Shown here: piece after piece, positions 13,826 through 31,516 of the stretch
Position numbering within the stretch: position 1 is the first letter of the stretch
Layout of the letters: each line of letters starts with the position of its first letter
Source: the human T2T-CHM13v2.0 reference genome, Homo sapiens
Strand: one strand, 5' to 3'
Assembly (NCBI RefSeq): GCF_009914755.1
Contig: NC_060928.1
Length of the DNA stretch: 64,000 bases
Notes under the pieces: model-generated
Database searches by the model: none
What the model saw: the letters and a program-made list of their open reading frames with translations, nothing else
What the model was told of the DNA's origin: nothing
Made by a program: the position numbers and the translations under genes

Positions 13826-14322
13826 GTGTGTTCATCTCTTATTGCTGGTGTAACTAATTACCACAAACTTTGTGGCTTAAAGCAACACAATTATTCTCAT
13901 ACAGTTTCTAGAGGTCAGAAGGGCAACATAGTCTCATTGGGATAAAATCAAATTGTCAGTACGCCTGGGTTTCTGCATTAGGTTTCAGGGAAAATTCAGT
14001 TTTTTTGCCTTTTCCAGCTTCCAGAGGCCAGCCACATTTTTTTTGGCTCGTCATCCCCGTGTCCATCTTCAAAGCTCATAACTCCAACCCCCGCTTCTGC
14101 TGTCTCATCACCTTCTTCTGACTGTAGCCACTTGCTTCCCTCATTTCTTTCTCTCAACACAGTGGGTGATTACTTTAGCACTAACAAGATGATCCAGGAT
14201 TATCTATCTCAAGATTCTTAATCACATTTGCAGAGTCCTTTTTGCCATCTAAGGTAGCAAATTCCAGGGTTCTGGGAATTGAGACAAGAATATCTATGGG
14301 ATGCCAGTATTTCATCTACTAT
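13826..14322 (-). mobile_element. MLT1D-like MaLR solo LTR
   Basis: attgctggtgtaactaattaccacaaactttgtggcttaaagcaacac...atcacatttgcagagtcctttttgcca. Confidence 0.8.
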
Positions 14323-15842
14323 AGTGTATACTATCAGTGGCTTAAAGTAAAGGAAGCAGTGAGCATAGTCAGTGTGGGGCTTAGGTAGAGATGGGAGGCA
14401 GCAGGTAGCAGGTAATACTTCAAGTGACCTGAAGGAAGGGTAAGCATCAAATGGAAACAGGTGGACATAGGGCCCACAGGATGTCAGAGATGGGGAATTA
14501 CATACACAAGCTGCCATGAAAGTGTTATAAGTGTTGTCTAATAGGCTTGCCCAGGTCCAACTCCCACAAAGGATTTTCCTAGGGAAGGAACTTTCTAACC
14601 AAATCTGCAGGACAAGTAGGAAATGAATGGGAAAGAAAGTTAAGGGTGAGCATTTCAGGCAGAGGGATCAGTCTATGCAAAATTCAGATGGCAGGAGGGG
14701 AGGAGCACTAAATGTCTTAGAAGTTGATGGGCAACAATATGGCCTAGCTCAAGGAGAGAGAGTTACAAGAAAAACCTCAGGATGAAGACCAACAAACTAA
14801 GGAAAGAAACCACAGCTGTGGAGCTTCAAGTAGCATCTTGCAGGAGGGAACAATTTTAGGTCAACATTGAAATCTCACCCATTTCTAGGCAGTTCCTCGT
14901 CAGCAGCATCTTTATGATAATAGACAGAAACACATCTGCTTTGAATTTTTAGAGGCATGAGAGAAAAATAATTTAACCCTCCCAAGTGCCTTTCACATTC
15001 TAAAAATGACCTTCAGATTTATATGAAGAGGGACTGCAAATTATGAATTATGTCTATGTCATCATCTTGATTCCTGCACAGTTAAGTTTCTTCATTTATT
15101 CTAGGTAGGCCCAGAGTTAGGGGTCCAAGGACATTACACACAGGACAGTTATAACTCGAATACGATTGCTACCCATTTTAGTCCTTCACAGCAGCTATTG
15201 TCCTAGCATTCAAGTCCTCCCTAAAACATGTCTCACACTCATTCTAGCTATGCTACCTATTCCAATGCTGTTTCCAGAGTAGTCTCTGTTCCAACAAGAT
15301 TTTTTTTATTCCCCATTTCCCCAAATAAATCATCTATTTTCCCCATCTCCCTGCCTTTCCTTCTGCCATCATTCTACCCACCATCCCTGGAATGAACAAC
15401 CCATTCTACAGGGTCTTAGTGTCTTCATCTTCCAGTTAAATTGTTCCTGACTGAGCCAAGACATGCAATGTGCATCTGTCTTAATTCTTGTGACATTATT
15501 GGGACAGTGAGGCATGATGGAAGACGTGAACTTTGAAATTCATGAGTTCAGGCTGACCATGTGATAGCTTGGGGGAAAATAATCCAATCCCTGGAATTTT
15601 CATTTTCTTTACTTTATGAATGAACAAACAAAAGCAAAACAAGAGTGTATTCAAGAGGGAAAACACTCTTCAACTACCATCTGCCAATAGTTTGTTGTGC
15701 CTTCTTAGGGATTGGGGAAAATATCCTCAGGGTTTGTTGGCCGTGTTTGCCGACATGCCTTGATAGGCCCAGTTGGATATGAAATATGATAACCCCTCTG
15801 CCCTAGAGCAATGTCAAAAGAGCAGTGCAAGGCCAGAAAAGG

Positions 15843-16254
15843 GGCATTAGTCAAGGTTCTCCAGGGAAACAAATAATAGGACACATACATACACAAATAT
15901 ATAAAGAGATTTATTTTTAAAAATTGGCTTATGCAATTATAGGAGCTGGCAAGTCCAAAATTGTCAGTATTCCATACTGGAAATTCTACCAAGAGTTGAT
16001 GTTTCAGTCTTGAATCCAAAGGCAGTCAAGAGGCAGAACCCCTTCCTCATTAGGGACTTCAGTCTTCTCTTTCATTCTACTGACTGGATGAGGCCCATCC
16101 ACACTCTGGAGGGTCATTTACCTTACTCAGAGTCTCCTGATTTAAATGTTAATCACCTCTTAAAAATACCTTCACAGTGACATTCAGTCTTGTGCTTGAC
16201 CAAAAAGCCAGGAATCATGGCTTAGCCAAGTTGACACATAAAAATAACCATCAC
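15843..16254 (-). mobile_element. MLT2 (MLT2C-like) ERVL solo LTR
   Basis: attagtcaaggttctccagggaaac...ccaagttgacacataaaaataaccatcaca terminal motifs. Confidence 0.85.
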
Positions 16255-16736
16255 AAGAGGTGACCCATTCTAAGAACTTAACAGGATTTGCAGATATTTT
16301 TTCCTATTTCTTAGGTTGTCTCTTCACTCTGTTGATTGATTTTTTAGCTGTGCAGAAGATTTTAGTTTGACATAATCACATTTGTCTATTTTTGCTTTTG
16401 TTGCTGGTGCTTTTGGGGTCATATCCAAAATACATGTCATTGCCTAGAGCAATATTATGAAGCATTTTCTCTATTTTTTTGCCTAGTAATTTTACAGTTT
16501 CAGGTCTTATGTTTAAGTCTTTAGTCCATTTTGAGTTGATTTTTGTACATGGGATGAGATAAGGGTCTAATTTTAGTCTTCTGATTGTGAATATACAACT
16601 CTCTCAGCACCACTTACTGAAGAGACTGTGTTTTCCCATTGTGTGTTCCTAGCACTCTGTCAAAAGTCAGTTCATTAAAAATGTGTGAATTTATTTCTAG
16701 GCTCTCTGTTCTGTTCCATTGGTCTATGTATCTGCC

Positions 16737-16812
16737 TTTCTTTTCTTTTCTTTTCTTTTCTTTTCTTTTCTTTTCTTTTCTTTTCTTTTCTTTTCTTTTC
16801 TTTTCTTTTCTT
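16737..16812. repeat. (TTTTC)n pentanucleotide microsatellite, ~15 pure units
   Basis: Read directly from the sequence. Confidence 0.97.
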
Positions 16813-17095
16813 GAGATGGAGGCTTGCTCTGTCACCCAGACTGGAGTGCAGTGGCATGATCTCAGCTCACTGCAGCCTCTGTCCCCTGGGTTCCAGCGAT
16901 TCTCCTGACTCAGCCTCCTGAGAGTAGCTGGGGCTATAGGCACATGCCACCACACATGCTAATTTTTGTATTTTTAGTAGAGATGGGGTTTCACCATGTT
17001 GGTCAGGCTGATCTCAAACTCCTTACCTCAGGTGATCCACCTGCCTTGGCCTCCCAAAGTACTAGGATTATAGGTGTGAGCCACTGCTCCCGGCC
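16740..17095 (-). mobile_element. AluSx-like element with (AAAAG)n tail
   Basis: Full Alu; TSD tatgtatctgc(c/t)ttt at 16725-16739 and 17096-17110. Confidence 0.95.
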
Positions 17096-18504
17096 TATGT
17101 ATCTGCTTTTAATGCCAGTATCTTGCTGTTTGGGTTACAATAGCTTTGTAGTATATTTTGCCGTTAGATAGTGTGATGATTCCAGCTATTTTTGTTCTTT
17201 TTGATCAAGATTGCCTTGGTTATTCAGGGTCTTTTAGGTTCCATATGAATTTTTGTTTCTTTTTCCATTTCTATGAGATATGTCTTTGGAATTTTGATAG
17301 GGATTGCATTAAATTTGTAATTTTTTGAGTAATATAAACTTTTTAATAATATTAATTATTCCAACCTATGAACACAAGTTAGGAATTCCCTGGGGCGACT
17401 GGAGCCACTGGAAGTCTTAGTGGAAATGATACAGTAGAGGTGACAGAGCTCAAGATACTAGAGGTAGTTTTGAGGCAGGGAGTTCTTGAGCAACTTCGTA
17501 CAAAGTTAGCAGGAAGAAGAAGTAACCAGTGACATTTCCCCAGTATTATGCAAACAAGAAACTTTAAGAATAGTATGTCTGAATATATTTTTTAGAAATA
17601 TCATTTTATGGTATATGTTCAGTGATATGCTTACCTGCCAATCCCAAATCTTCAGGAATCTCTGAAAAACATTGCTTTTGTAGTTGTTTTGGAGAACCAA
17701 GGGCAAAGGGGTTGTCACGATGTTTGAGTTGTTTGAGAATAAATCAACTATGGAAGATGAAACACAGGGAGGTCCAGAATCTAGCAGAGGAAGGAAGGAT
17801 GCTAGAACAAGAAGGGAATAGAAATGAAGTCTTCATGATCTATGGAGATTTACTTCCAAGTGGCAGAGAGTTGGTTCTCTCCTTTATGGACAATGAGGTT
17901 TAAGCCATTTTAAATTTAAATGTTCAGGGCAAATAGCCAGAAGACAAGAGCATTTAGAGATACTCAGGTGACAGTAGGGTTAAAGCATTTTGTAGAATTG
18001 CAGGGATGATTAAATTAGTCAGCATATTTTCAGGTTTAGTACAGTGTCCAGGACATTTTAGGTGTTTAATAATTGAAAGCAGTTGTTGTCTATACCATTG
18101 TTATTAACATATAATTGTTATTTGTGAACACGTCTTATCTACCTTATCACTGTGATAACTTTGTAATTCCTTGAATACAGAGACTGAGTCTCACCAATCA
18201 TTTCATAAGGATTTACAGATACTTCCTACTTGAAAGCATAGCACAGAATACCTGGGAGATACCAAGGTAAATCCACTGATCTCATCTCAAATGAATTCAT
18301 AATCTAAAAGAAGAGATAAAATTCAAACAGATAATTTCAATGCAAGCTACAAAGTGGCATCTCAAATGGTGGCCCTTGATTTTTTTGTTTGACCCACACA
18401 AAACTTTTTTTTTTTTTTAATTTGCTGCCAACATTTCAGAATCTAGAAGTTTTACACTAAAAAAATCTGAATTTCTTTAAGTTTCTCTTTAGAAGCTGGA
18501 AAGG

Positions 18505-18858
<354 letters not shown>

Positions 18859-19390
18859 TCAACGATATTTACTGGGTTAATGAACACATTAAGAAATACA
18901 TGAATGACTAAGTAGAATCATCAGTATATCAAAACAATGTTTGCTCCAAGAGGGCAGGAACTCTATCTATTCTGTTTGCTTCTATGCCTACAGTATGTTA
19001 AAACCTAATATTGGCTCAACGAACATTTGTTGAATTAATGATGAGCCCTTCTATGAGGAACTGTAAATAATCTATGGAATTTATTGATTTGAAACCTCCA
19101 GTAGAAGTTCAAATGGGGAGTCTAAATGTAGTCTCCCGCCCCCTTGACCATAAATGACTAGAAATTGAGAGTTTATTTCATGCCATGGGCCAAAAGGAAG
19201 GAGCAGAACAAAGAAGAAAGGAGCATTATGAGCCAAATTCCCTAACATGCCTTCATGGAAAACAACCTGGAGCTATGTTAATAATTGCAACGATACCTGC
19301 CATTCATTGAGATCTCTGAGAATGCTAACTGCTGAGTTAAACATGCTCACATACAGTCCATTTAGTGCTCACAACAAACCTATGATTTCA

Positions 19391-19830
19391 TGTATTAGTT
19401 ATCTATGACCACAGTAGTACTGCAAAGCAAAAAACTGCAAAACCATAGTAAGTGTTAATTATTGCTCACACATCTGGGGTCAAAGCAGTACTGATTATCT
19501 GAGCTGGACTCACTCGAGTCCAGGGGTCAGCTGATGCTTGACTGACTTAGGCAAGCTTTGGCTACTGTGAGTCTATTCCACCTGTTTCTCATCCTTGGAG
19601 GTTAGCCCCAGCATGTTCTCATCCTGACAGCAGAAGTGCAAAAGCACAGCATCTCTGTGCAAGTACATTTTCAGGCCTCCATTTGCATTATATTTTTTTC
19701 ATATCTCATTGGCAAAGCAAATCATTTGGCTCATCTATATTCCTGGGGTGGCGAAATAGATTCTGCTTTTTTAGTGAGGATGGTCAAAGCAGTATATGGC
19801 AAATGGTACAGATACTTGGAGGTTAAAAAA
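19391..19830 (-). mobile_element. Old MLT1 (I/J-like) LTR
   Basis: tgtattagttatctatg start; ctcattggcaaagcaaatcatttggc motif. Confidence 0.6.
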
Positions 19831-19843
19831 AATTATGACCATT

Positions 19844-20072
19844 GGCTGGGCACAGTGGCTCACACCTGTAATCCCAACACTTTGCTAAACCAAGGCTGTA
19901 CTAAGGTATGTATATATATATCCGGGCATGGTAGGGATCCCCTGTAGTCCCAGCTTCTCCAGAGGTGACGTGGGAGGATCTCTTGAGCCCAACAGTTTGA
20001 AGCTGCAGTGAGCCATGATTGCGTCACTGCACTCCTGCCTGGGCAACAGACTGAGACCCTGTCTAAAAAAAC
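19844..20072 (+). mobile_element. AluJ-like element with most of the left arm deleted
   Basis: Alu 5' 40 bp, then a short unrelated linker, then a J-type right arm (gaggatctcttgagcccaacagtttgaagctgcagtgagccatgatt). Confidence 0.8.
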
Positions 20073-21343
20073 TAAAGACTATTTGTAAAAGATATTTATA
20101 ACAATCTGGTAAAGTCAATCCAATCCCTGTTGTAAAAGTCATTATATATTTGTTTTATCATGTAGGTGACTTTAATACCCTAATACTTTTACAATATCAT
20201 GAATTCAGTTGAGCCTACACTTACTTGGTAGACTCTACTTTTCTGTGAGCTTAATGTTGATGGTATGTATTCACTTATAAATAAATCTCCTACCTGAATT
20301 TAACTTCCTTTTCAATCCAGTTCTCTTGGAGGAAGCATAGCTCCTTTATTGAAGGATCATTAAATACACACACCTCTTTCCAAGATTAATTAGGCAATCT
20401 CTCTGGGTCCATTCTATTAACCTGTAATTAGAATGTAAAGATACTCACGCTCCATGACACACATTTTAATTGCATCTCACCATGTGCTAGTATCACACAC
20501 ACTACTGGAAAGCAAGGCAGGAGGAAGAAGACTGGTTGCGGAAAAAAGTGGCTTTGACTCCTGGTTTCAGGGCTCCAAGCATGGGGTCCCTGGCTACCCA
20601 ACTCCCTTTATCCAGTGCCTACTGGTAAACATCCCTGTGAAAGGTGGCGGGAGGGGAAATTCAAGCTTCTGGATATGTGCAAAACAATCTGGCCCAGGTT
20701 CATTAAACAGGCATATTTGTACCTTTCCTAAGTTCTTCCCCTTGACCTCAAAGCATATTTCCAGCAAGAACCAATGCCGTAGGGTGCATGCACAGTAATA
20801 ATAATGGAGTTTTGGAATTCTAGGACAGGAATTAATTCCCCAATTTTCAGATTCAACTACTAGGACTTGGGAACAAGATCTAAATATGATTCTTTTGATT
20901 TCTAGTTCAATTCTCATTCTAAGATGCTGTTGTCCACCTACACCAAGCAGGTGAGTGTAAATCCCAGATCATCCCTTAAGAAAGAAGCTAAGTGGTGTTT
21001 ATGACCCTTCCAGTCCTTCTCCCTCCACATATTCAAGGAATATTTCCTGCGTGTCAATGAAACACAGTATTAGGGCTAGTGCTTTGAAGAGGTTGCAGTT
21101 CCTGTCCTCATTGAGCTTATAGTCTCAAAATTAATTAATTACAATTTTGATGAATGTTATAAATGAGAATCATAAAGTTCTGTGAATATTTCAATCTGTC
21201 AAAATGTAAACGTTCTGCATCTCAACTGGATTCCCTGTTTTAGCTCTTACCCAAAACATGGATGATGGTGACATTTCTTTGTGGATAGAGCAAAAGATCC
21301 AGAAAAGGGGTCCAAGAGGAAGACTAGAAGGGAGGAAAAGAAC

Positions 21344-22143
<800 letters not shown>

Positions 22144-24739
22144 AGAATGAAGAGACAGGGCAAAGGACAGGCACCAAGGTGAGGCAGGGAAGCACACAGG
22201 ACAGAATGTTTAATGAGGCACTCACTCTTGGGTTCATACAGGCACAAGGTCAGCCCTGCATGAACCCAAGAGTCGGCCCCAGGCACCTAGCTTGCCTCAC
22301 TCCAGCTGTAACCTGGAAGAGCAGGTTTTAGAACAGAAAAACTGAAGCCAGCAAGACCAACAGAGAAAAGATATTTCAAGAAAAGAGAGATCAGTGGTGT
22401 CAAATATTAGAAAGACCAACAGACCACCACTAAGAAGTGAAGACAATGTGCACAAAAGGACCCGGACATAGTGCATGTTTAGTAGACATCTCTTTGAATT
22501 TTTATCTTTTTCTCCTTGACTTCCTTTGATGCCCATGCCTACTGCCTGATTATCAGAGAAGAAGGAAAACCAGCAATAATCAAGTGTCCAACTCTTAAAC
22601 ATGCTGTACTTCACTTCAATTCTGAAAGTAACTTCTGAGCTAGGAGACATAATTCTCTTTTCCTAGGTTAAAAACAGAGGTTCAGGGATAACCAGTGACT
22701 TTTCAGTGTCTTAAAATGAGGACTAAAACCCAGAGTTTTGTGACTCCAGCCCAGCCACACCACAATGGCTGAGTTTGTTGGTCAGCCCTTGACTCGTCCA
22801 TAAGCTTTGAATTCCTGCTTTCTTCTAAGTACCTACTAATGTGCTCTTCATTATCTTGGGATCTGAGAAAGATTTATGCCTTCAGTTGGATCATGGTCTA
22901 GTAAAGAGGGAAAAGCTAGAATAAACAATTGATTATAAAGAAAGGAAGAATTAGGTGAGTAATAAGTGGAACAACAGGCAATAATGAGGGAACACTCAAT
23001 ACCCACAACCTTGAATCTTGGTAAATAAGAACACACAACACAAAATCAATATGGGAGATGCCCTCGCTTCTACATGAATTCATTCAGTCTGAGGCTACTT
23101 CTACCTCTGTTGGACCAAGACACTTTCTTATAGCTCTTTTTCTGTTGATCTTCAGAGTTTAAAATACCTCCAGAGCAAGCTGGGAAATAACTTTGCATTT
23201 TTCCAATGTTTGCTTTTCAGTGTTTTGAATGAATCTTCTCTGCAAACTGCTAAGCTAATTGAACCACTACCATTTCAGCTGAAAAAACATCCTGTCTTGC
23301 CAAAGCACATTTGCTTGTGTACTCAGTGTTACCAACGAAGGGGCCAGAGCTGGGGGAAATAGTCGTTTATAGCCTGAAGACCAGGTGCAGAATGAAAAGT
23401 GTTTTGTTTTGATCTGCTCTGTTTTGGGAAGGATGGGTGCTGACATTTAAAGGGCTCATTTCACGTTCTTAATAGACATTGTTTTTTGGGGTTCAGAAAT
23501 GCAAAGAATGAGTAGCTCAAAGAGGTCAATGGCTTGCCCAAGAATATAGACAGAGGGTGGTTCAGAGTCCCCATGCCGTTGTCCTGTCCCAGCAATGACA
23601 CACTGACTCAGGTCATAGGCCAGCCCTTGAAACACTAGAGAAACGTAATCTCCTCCCTGATATTGGATTTGATTCAATTAAAGGGCTGGGATTTAAACTC
23701 ACTTCTATATTGCTCCTGTGCCCTTATTTGATTATGTCTTGTGTTTCAAGTATGTTCTTCAGCCTCTCATGAGGGTGGGGCTGTTACCAAAAAATGCTTT
23801 TAAAAATATTTTCAAAAGGAGCATTAAAACTCTCCATGAATCAGATTTATTTGAACAAAGTATCATCTACTCTTAAAAAAATCTAACTCATTCTCTTGAC
23901 AGATTTATAAGACTGGGTTATTTCATCATAGAACCAGATACTGTATGTGTGATGACGTACAAGAAATGTGCCAATGAATAGTCAGATTTCTCCTCTCCAA
24001 GTTCAAAATGTAACTTAGGGACATAGGGAGGAAAAGCATCCACTGATGTTGCAAGGTGACTAGGGATAAATTGACGTGAAAGTCACCTTCAGAGAGAAGA
24101 GACACTGACACTTGGGAAACTTCATTAAAATTCTTAAAAAGGGAGAAATTGGATGCTGAACTGGAACTCACTTTGAATGAAGTACTTTTTAGTTTTCTTA
24201 ATTAAAATTGTGTTCAGCTCAGGGCTGAACTTCTTAACAATTGAAACTTACCTAGGTTTGGGCAAACTTCATCTGATATTGTGATGTTACATAGACTGTT
24301 CAATAAATGGGTAGGTTTCCAGATATGAGTCACTGACTGCGAAATATCTGTGTCCCCACACTCAGCACCCAGCTTGGTATCTGGCATATAGAACATATTT
24401 AATAAAACTTATGACACAGAAGACAGGGTATATCTAAGTGACTGGGTACCTTAATACTTCACGAGTTTTGCCTTACATTTTTCCAAAGTCAGAAAACAGT
24501 CTTCTAAGGCCATAAAGGGGTATGCTGATATTTTTCTGCATTAGTGCATGGGAAATGCTACATTCCATAAATGAAACAAGTATAATACACTCAACCAACT
24601 CATTTATAGACAGAGACTCTGAAGATTATCTAAATATCATGCTTATCTCTGTAAAGCCCACTGGAGTCCAAATAAGAAATCACTTAATGAGTTATTATAA
24701 ATTAAGTTGAATTATAAATAAATAATTGAGAGTGTGATA

Positions 24740-24960
24740 AAGAGAGTAGCTAACAGTCTTGTAATGGTTACTATGTTCCCTGCGTTGTTCTAAGTGCTCA
24801 GTGTTAACATGCTTAACATACACTTGCACTGCAACCCTTTCTCTATGTACAGATGGAGGAACTGAGGTACAGAGAGGTTAAGTAACTCGCCCAGCATTCA
24901 CAGTACACAGCAGGGCTGGGCATCAGGACCCAGGCTATCTGATTTCTTCAATATTCCACC
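24740..24960 (-). mobile_element. MIR SINE
   Basis: acagatggaggaactgaggtacagagaggttaagtaactcgccca MIR core. Confidence 0.75.
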
Positions 24961-25039
24961 TGCTACTTCTTTACTTCCACACCAACTCCTGACATACAGC
25001 CCCAGCGTTCATCTGTCCAACTTCCTTTTTAGAAATTTA

Positions 25040-25349
25040 GGCCAGCGCAGTGGCTCATGCCTGTAATCTCAGCACTTCAGGAGGCCAAGAAGGGTGGATC
25101 ACCTGATGTCAGGAGTTTGAGACCAGCCTGGCCAACAGGGCGAAACCTTGTTTCTACTAAAAATACAAAAATTAGCCAGGCGTGGTGACACGTGCCTGTA
25201 GTCCCAGCTACTTGGGAGGCTGAGGCAGGAGAATCGCTTGAACTCAGGAGGCAGAGGTTGCAGTAAGCTGAGATCCCGGGCACTGCATTCCAACCTGGGT
25301 GACAGAGCAAGACTCTGTCTCAAAAAAATAATAACAATAATAATAAAAA
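25040..25349 (+). mobile_element. AluSx/Sz-like element
   Basis: Full dimeric Alu with (AAT)-rich tail. Confidence 0.93.
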
Positions 25350-25706
25350 TTTTAACTAAAATAATCCTGATGAGTGGATTTTATTACTTTTATGTTGATT
25401 TTTATTATTGGTATATTTATTTATTTATTTATTTTTATTTTTTTTATTTTTATTTTTATTTTTTTTATTTTTTATTTTTTTATAGTTTCTTTTTTTTTAT
25501 TATTATACTTTAAGTTTTAGGGTACATGTGCACATTGTGCAGGTTAGTTACATATGTATACATGTGCCATGCTGGTGCACTGCACCCACTAACTCGTCAT
25601 CTAGCATTAGGTATATCTCCCGATGCTATCCCTCCCCACTCCCCCCACCCCACAACAGTCCCCAGAGTGTGATGTTCCCCTTCCTGTGTCCATGTGATCT
25701 CATTGT

Positions 25707-29531
<3,825 letters not shown>

Positions 29532-29594
29532 TATGATGTTAGCTGGTTATTTTGCTCGTTAGCTGATGCAGTTTCTTCCTAGTCTCGACGGTCT

Positions 29595-30611
29595 TTACAT
29601 TTTGGCATGATTTTGCAGCAGCTGGTACCGGTTGTTCCTTTCCATGTTTAGTGCTTCCTTCAGGAGCTCTTGTAAGGCAGGCCTGGTGGTGACAAAATCT
29701 CTCAGTGTTTGCTTGTCTGTAAAGTATTTTATTTCTCCTTCACTTATGAAGCTTAGTTTGGCTGGATATGAAATTCTGGGTTGAAAATTCTTTTCTTTAA
29801 GAATGTTGAATATTGGCCCCCACTCTCTTCTGGCTTGTAGGGTTTCTGCCGAGAGATCCACTCTTAGTCTGATGGGCTTCCCTTTGAGGGTAACCCGACC
29901 TTTCTCTCTAGCTGCCCTTAACATTTTTTCCTTCATTTCAACTTTGGTGAATCTGACAATTATGTGTCTTGGGGTTGCTCTTCTCGAGGAGTATCTTTGT
30001 GGTGTTCTCTGTATTTCCTGAATCTGAATGTTGGCCTGCCTTGCTAGATTGGGGAAGTTCTCCTGGATAATATCCTGCAGAGTGTTTTCCAACTTGGTTC
30101 CATTCTCCCCATCACTTTCAGGTACACCAATCAGACGTAGATTTGGTCTTTTCACATAGTCCCGTATTTCTTGGAGGCTTTGCTCATTTCTTTTTATTCT
30201 TTTTTCTCTAGACTTCCCTTCTCGCTTCATTTCATTCATTTCATCTTCCATCACTGATACCCTTTCTTCCAGTTGATCTCATCGGCTCCTGAGGATTCTG
30301 CATTCTTCACGTAGTTCTCGAGCCTTGGTTTTCAGCTCCATCAGCTCCTTTAAGCACTTCTCTGTATTGGTTATTCTAGTTATACATTCTTCTAAATTTT
30401 TTTCAAAATTTTCAACTTCTTTGCCTTTGGTTTGAATGTCCTCCCGTATCTCAGAGTAATTTGATCGTCTGAAGCCTTCTTCTCTCAGCTCGTCAAAGTC
30501 ATTCTCCATCCAGCTTTGTTTCGTTGCTGGTGAGGAACTGCGTTCCTTTGGAGGAGGAGAGGCGCTCTGCTTTTTAGAGTTTCCAGTTTTTCTGTTCTGT
30601 TTTTTCCCCAT
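29595..30611 (-). pseudogene. ORF1: L1 ORF1 (RNA-binding chaperone) with one nonsense codon
   Basis: MGKKQNRKTGNSK...LLQNHAKM spans 1017 nt in one frame; TGA at 30279-30281 replaces consensus Cys111. Confidence 0.95.
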
Positions 30612-31516
30612 CTTTGTGGTTTTATCTACTTTTGGTCTTTGATGATGGTGATGTCCAGATGGGTTTTTGGTGTGGATGTCCTTTCTGTTTGTTAGTTTTC
30701 CTTCTAACAGAGAGGACCCTCAGCTGCAGGTCTGTTGGAGTATCCTGCCGTGTGAGGTGTCAGTGTGCCCCTGCTGGGGGGTGCCTCCCGGTTAGGCTGC
30801 TCGGGGGTCAGGGGTAAGGGACCCACTTGAGGAGGCATTCTGCCGGTTCTCAGATCTCCAGCTGCGTGCTGGGAGAACCACTGCTCTCTTCAAAGCTGTC
30901 AGACAGGGACATTTAAGTCTGCAAAGGTTACTGCTGTCTTTTTGTTTGTCTGTGCCCTGCCCCCAGAGGTGGAGCCTACAGAGGCAGGCAGGCCTCCTTG
31001 AGCTGTGGTGGGCTCCACCCAGTTGGAGCTTCCCAGCTGCTTTGTTTACCTAATCAAGCCTGGGCAATGGCAGGCGCCCCTCCCCCAGCCTCGCTGCCGC
31101 CTTGCACTTTGATCTCAGACTGCTGTGCTAGCAATCAGCCAGACTCTGTGGGCGTAGGACCCTCCGAGCCAGGTGCGGGATATAATCTCGTGGTGTGCCG
31201 TTTTTTAAGACCGTCGGAAAAGCGCAGTATTAGGGTGGGAGTGACCCGATTTTCCAGGTGCCGTCCATCACCCCTTTCTTTGACTCAGAAGGGAACTCCC
31301 TGACCCCTTGTGCTTCCCAGGTGAGGCAATGCCTCGCCCTGCTTCAGCTCGCGCACGGTGGGCACACCCACTGACCCGTGCCCACTGTCTGGCACTCCCT
31401 AGTGAGATGAACCCGGTACCTCAGATGGAAATGCAGAAATCACCCATCTTCTGCGTCGCTCACGCTGGGAGCTGTAGACTGGAGCTGTTCCTATTCGGCC
31501 ATCTTGGCTCCTCCCC
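30612..31516 (-). promoter_or_regulatory. L1 5'UTR: internal sense promoter with YY1 site, plus antisense promoter facing the + strand
   Basis: CpG-rich 5'UTR; caagatggcc YY1 motif intact near 31497-31506. Confidence 0.8.
31067..31303 (+). CDS. ORF0: L1 antisense ORF0, open for 78 codons (expression unknown)
   Basis: MAGAPPPASLPPCTLISDCCASNQPDSVGVGPSEPG...TRFSRC matches primate L1 ORF0; Kozak-like gcaATGg. Confidence 0.7.
   Translation: MAGAPPPASLPPCTLISDCCASNQPDSVGVGPSEPGAGYNLVVCRFLRPSEKRSIRVGVTRFSRCRPSPLSLTQKGTP

Larger units (their letters stand above)
16286..17375 (-). mobile_element. L1M(A) ORF2 3' fragment interrupted by an Alu
   Basis: Reverse translation gives [19 protein letters not shown], homologous to L1 ORF2 [14 protein letters not shown]. 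Confidence 0.85.

Noticed and set aside
16614-17171. KEKKR-repeat and Alu-like ORFs
   Set aside because: Translations of an Alu and its pentamer tail; the same applies to the other Alu-overlapping ORFs
20895-20960. Possible + strand micro-exon ending CAG|GTGAGT at 20950/20951
   Set aside because: An isolated consensus donor is expected by chance; no partner exons or coding signal could be established
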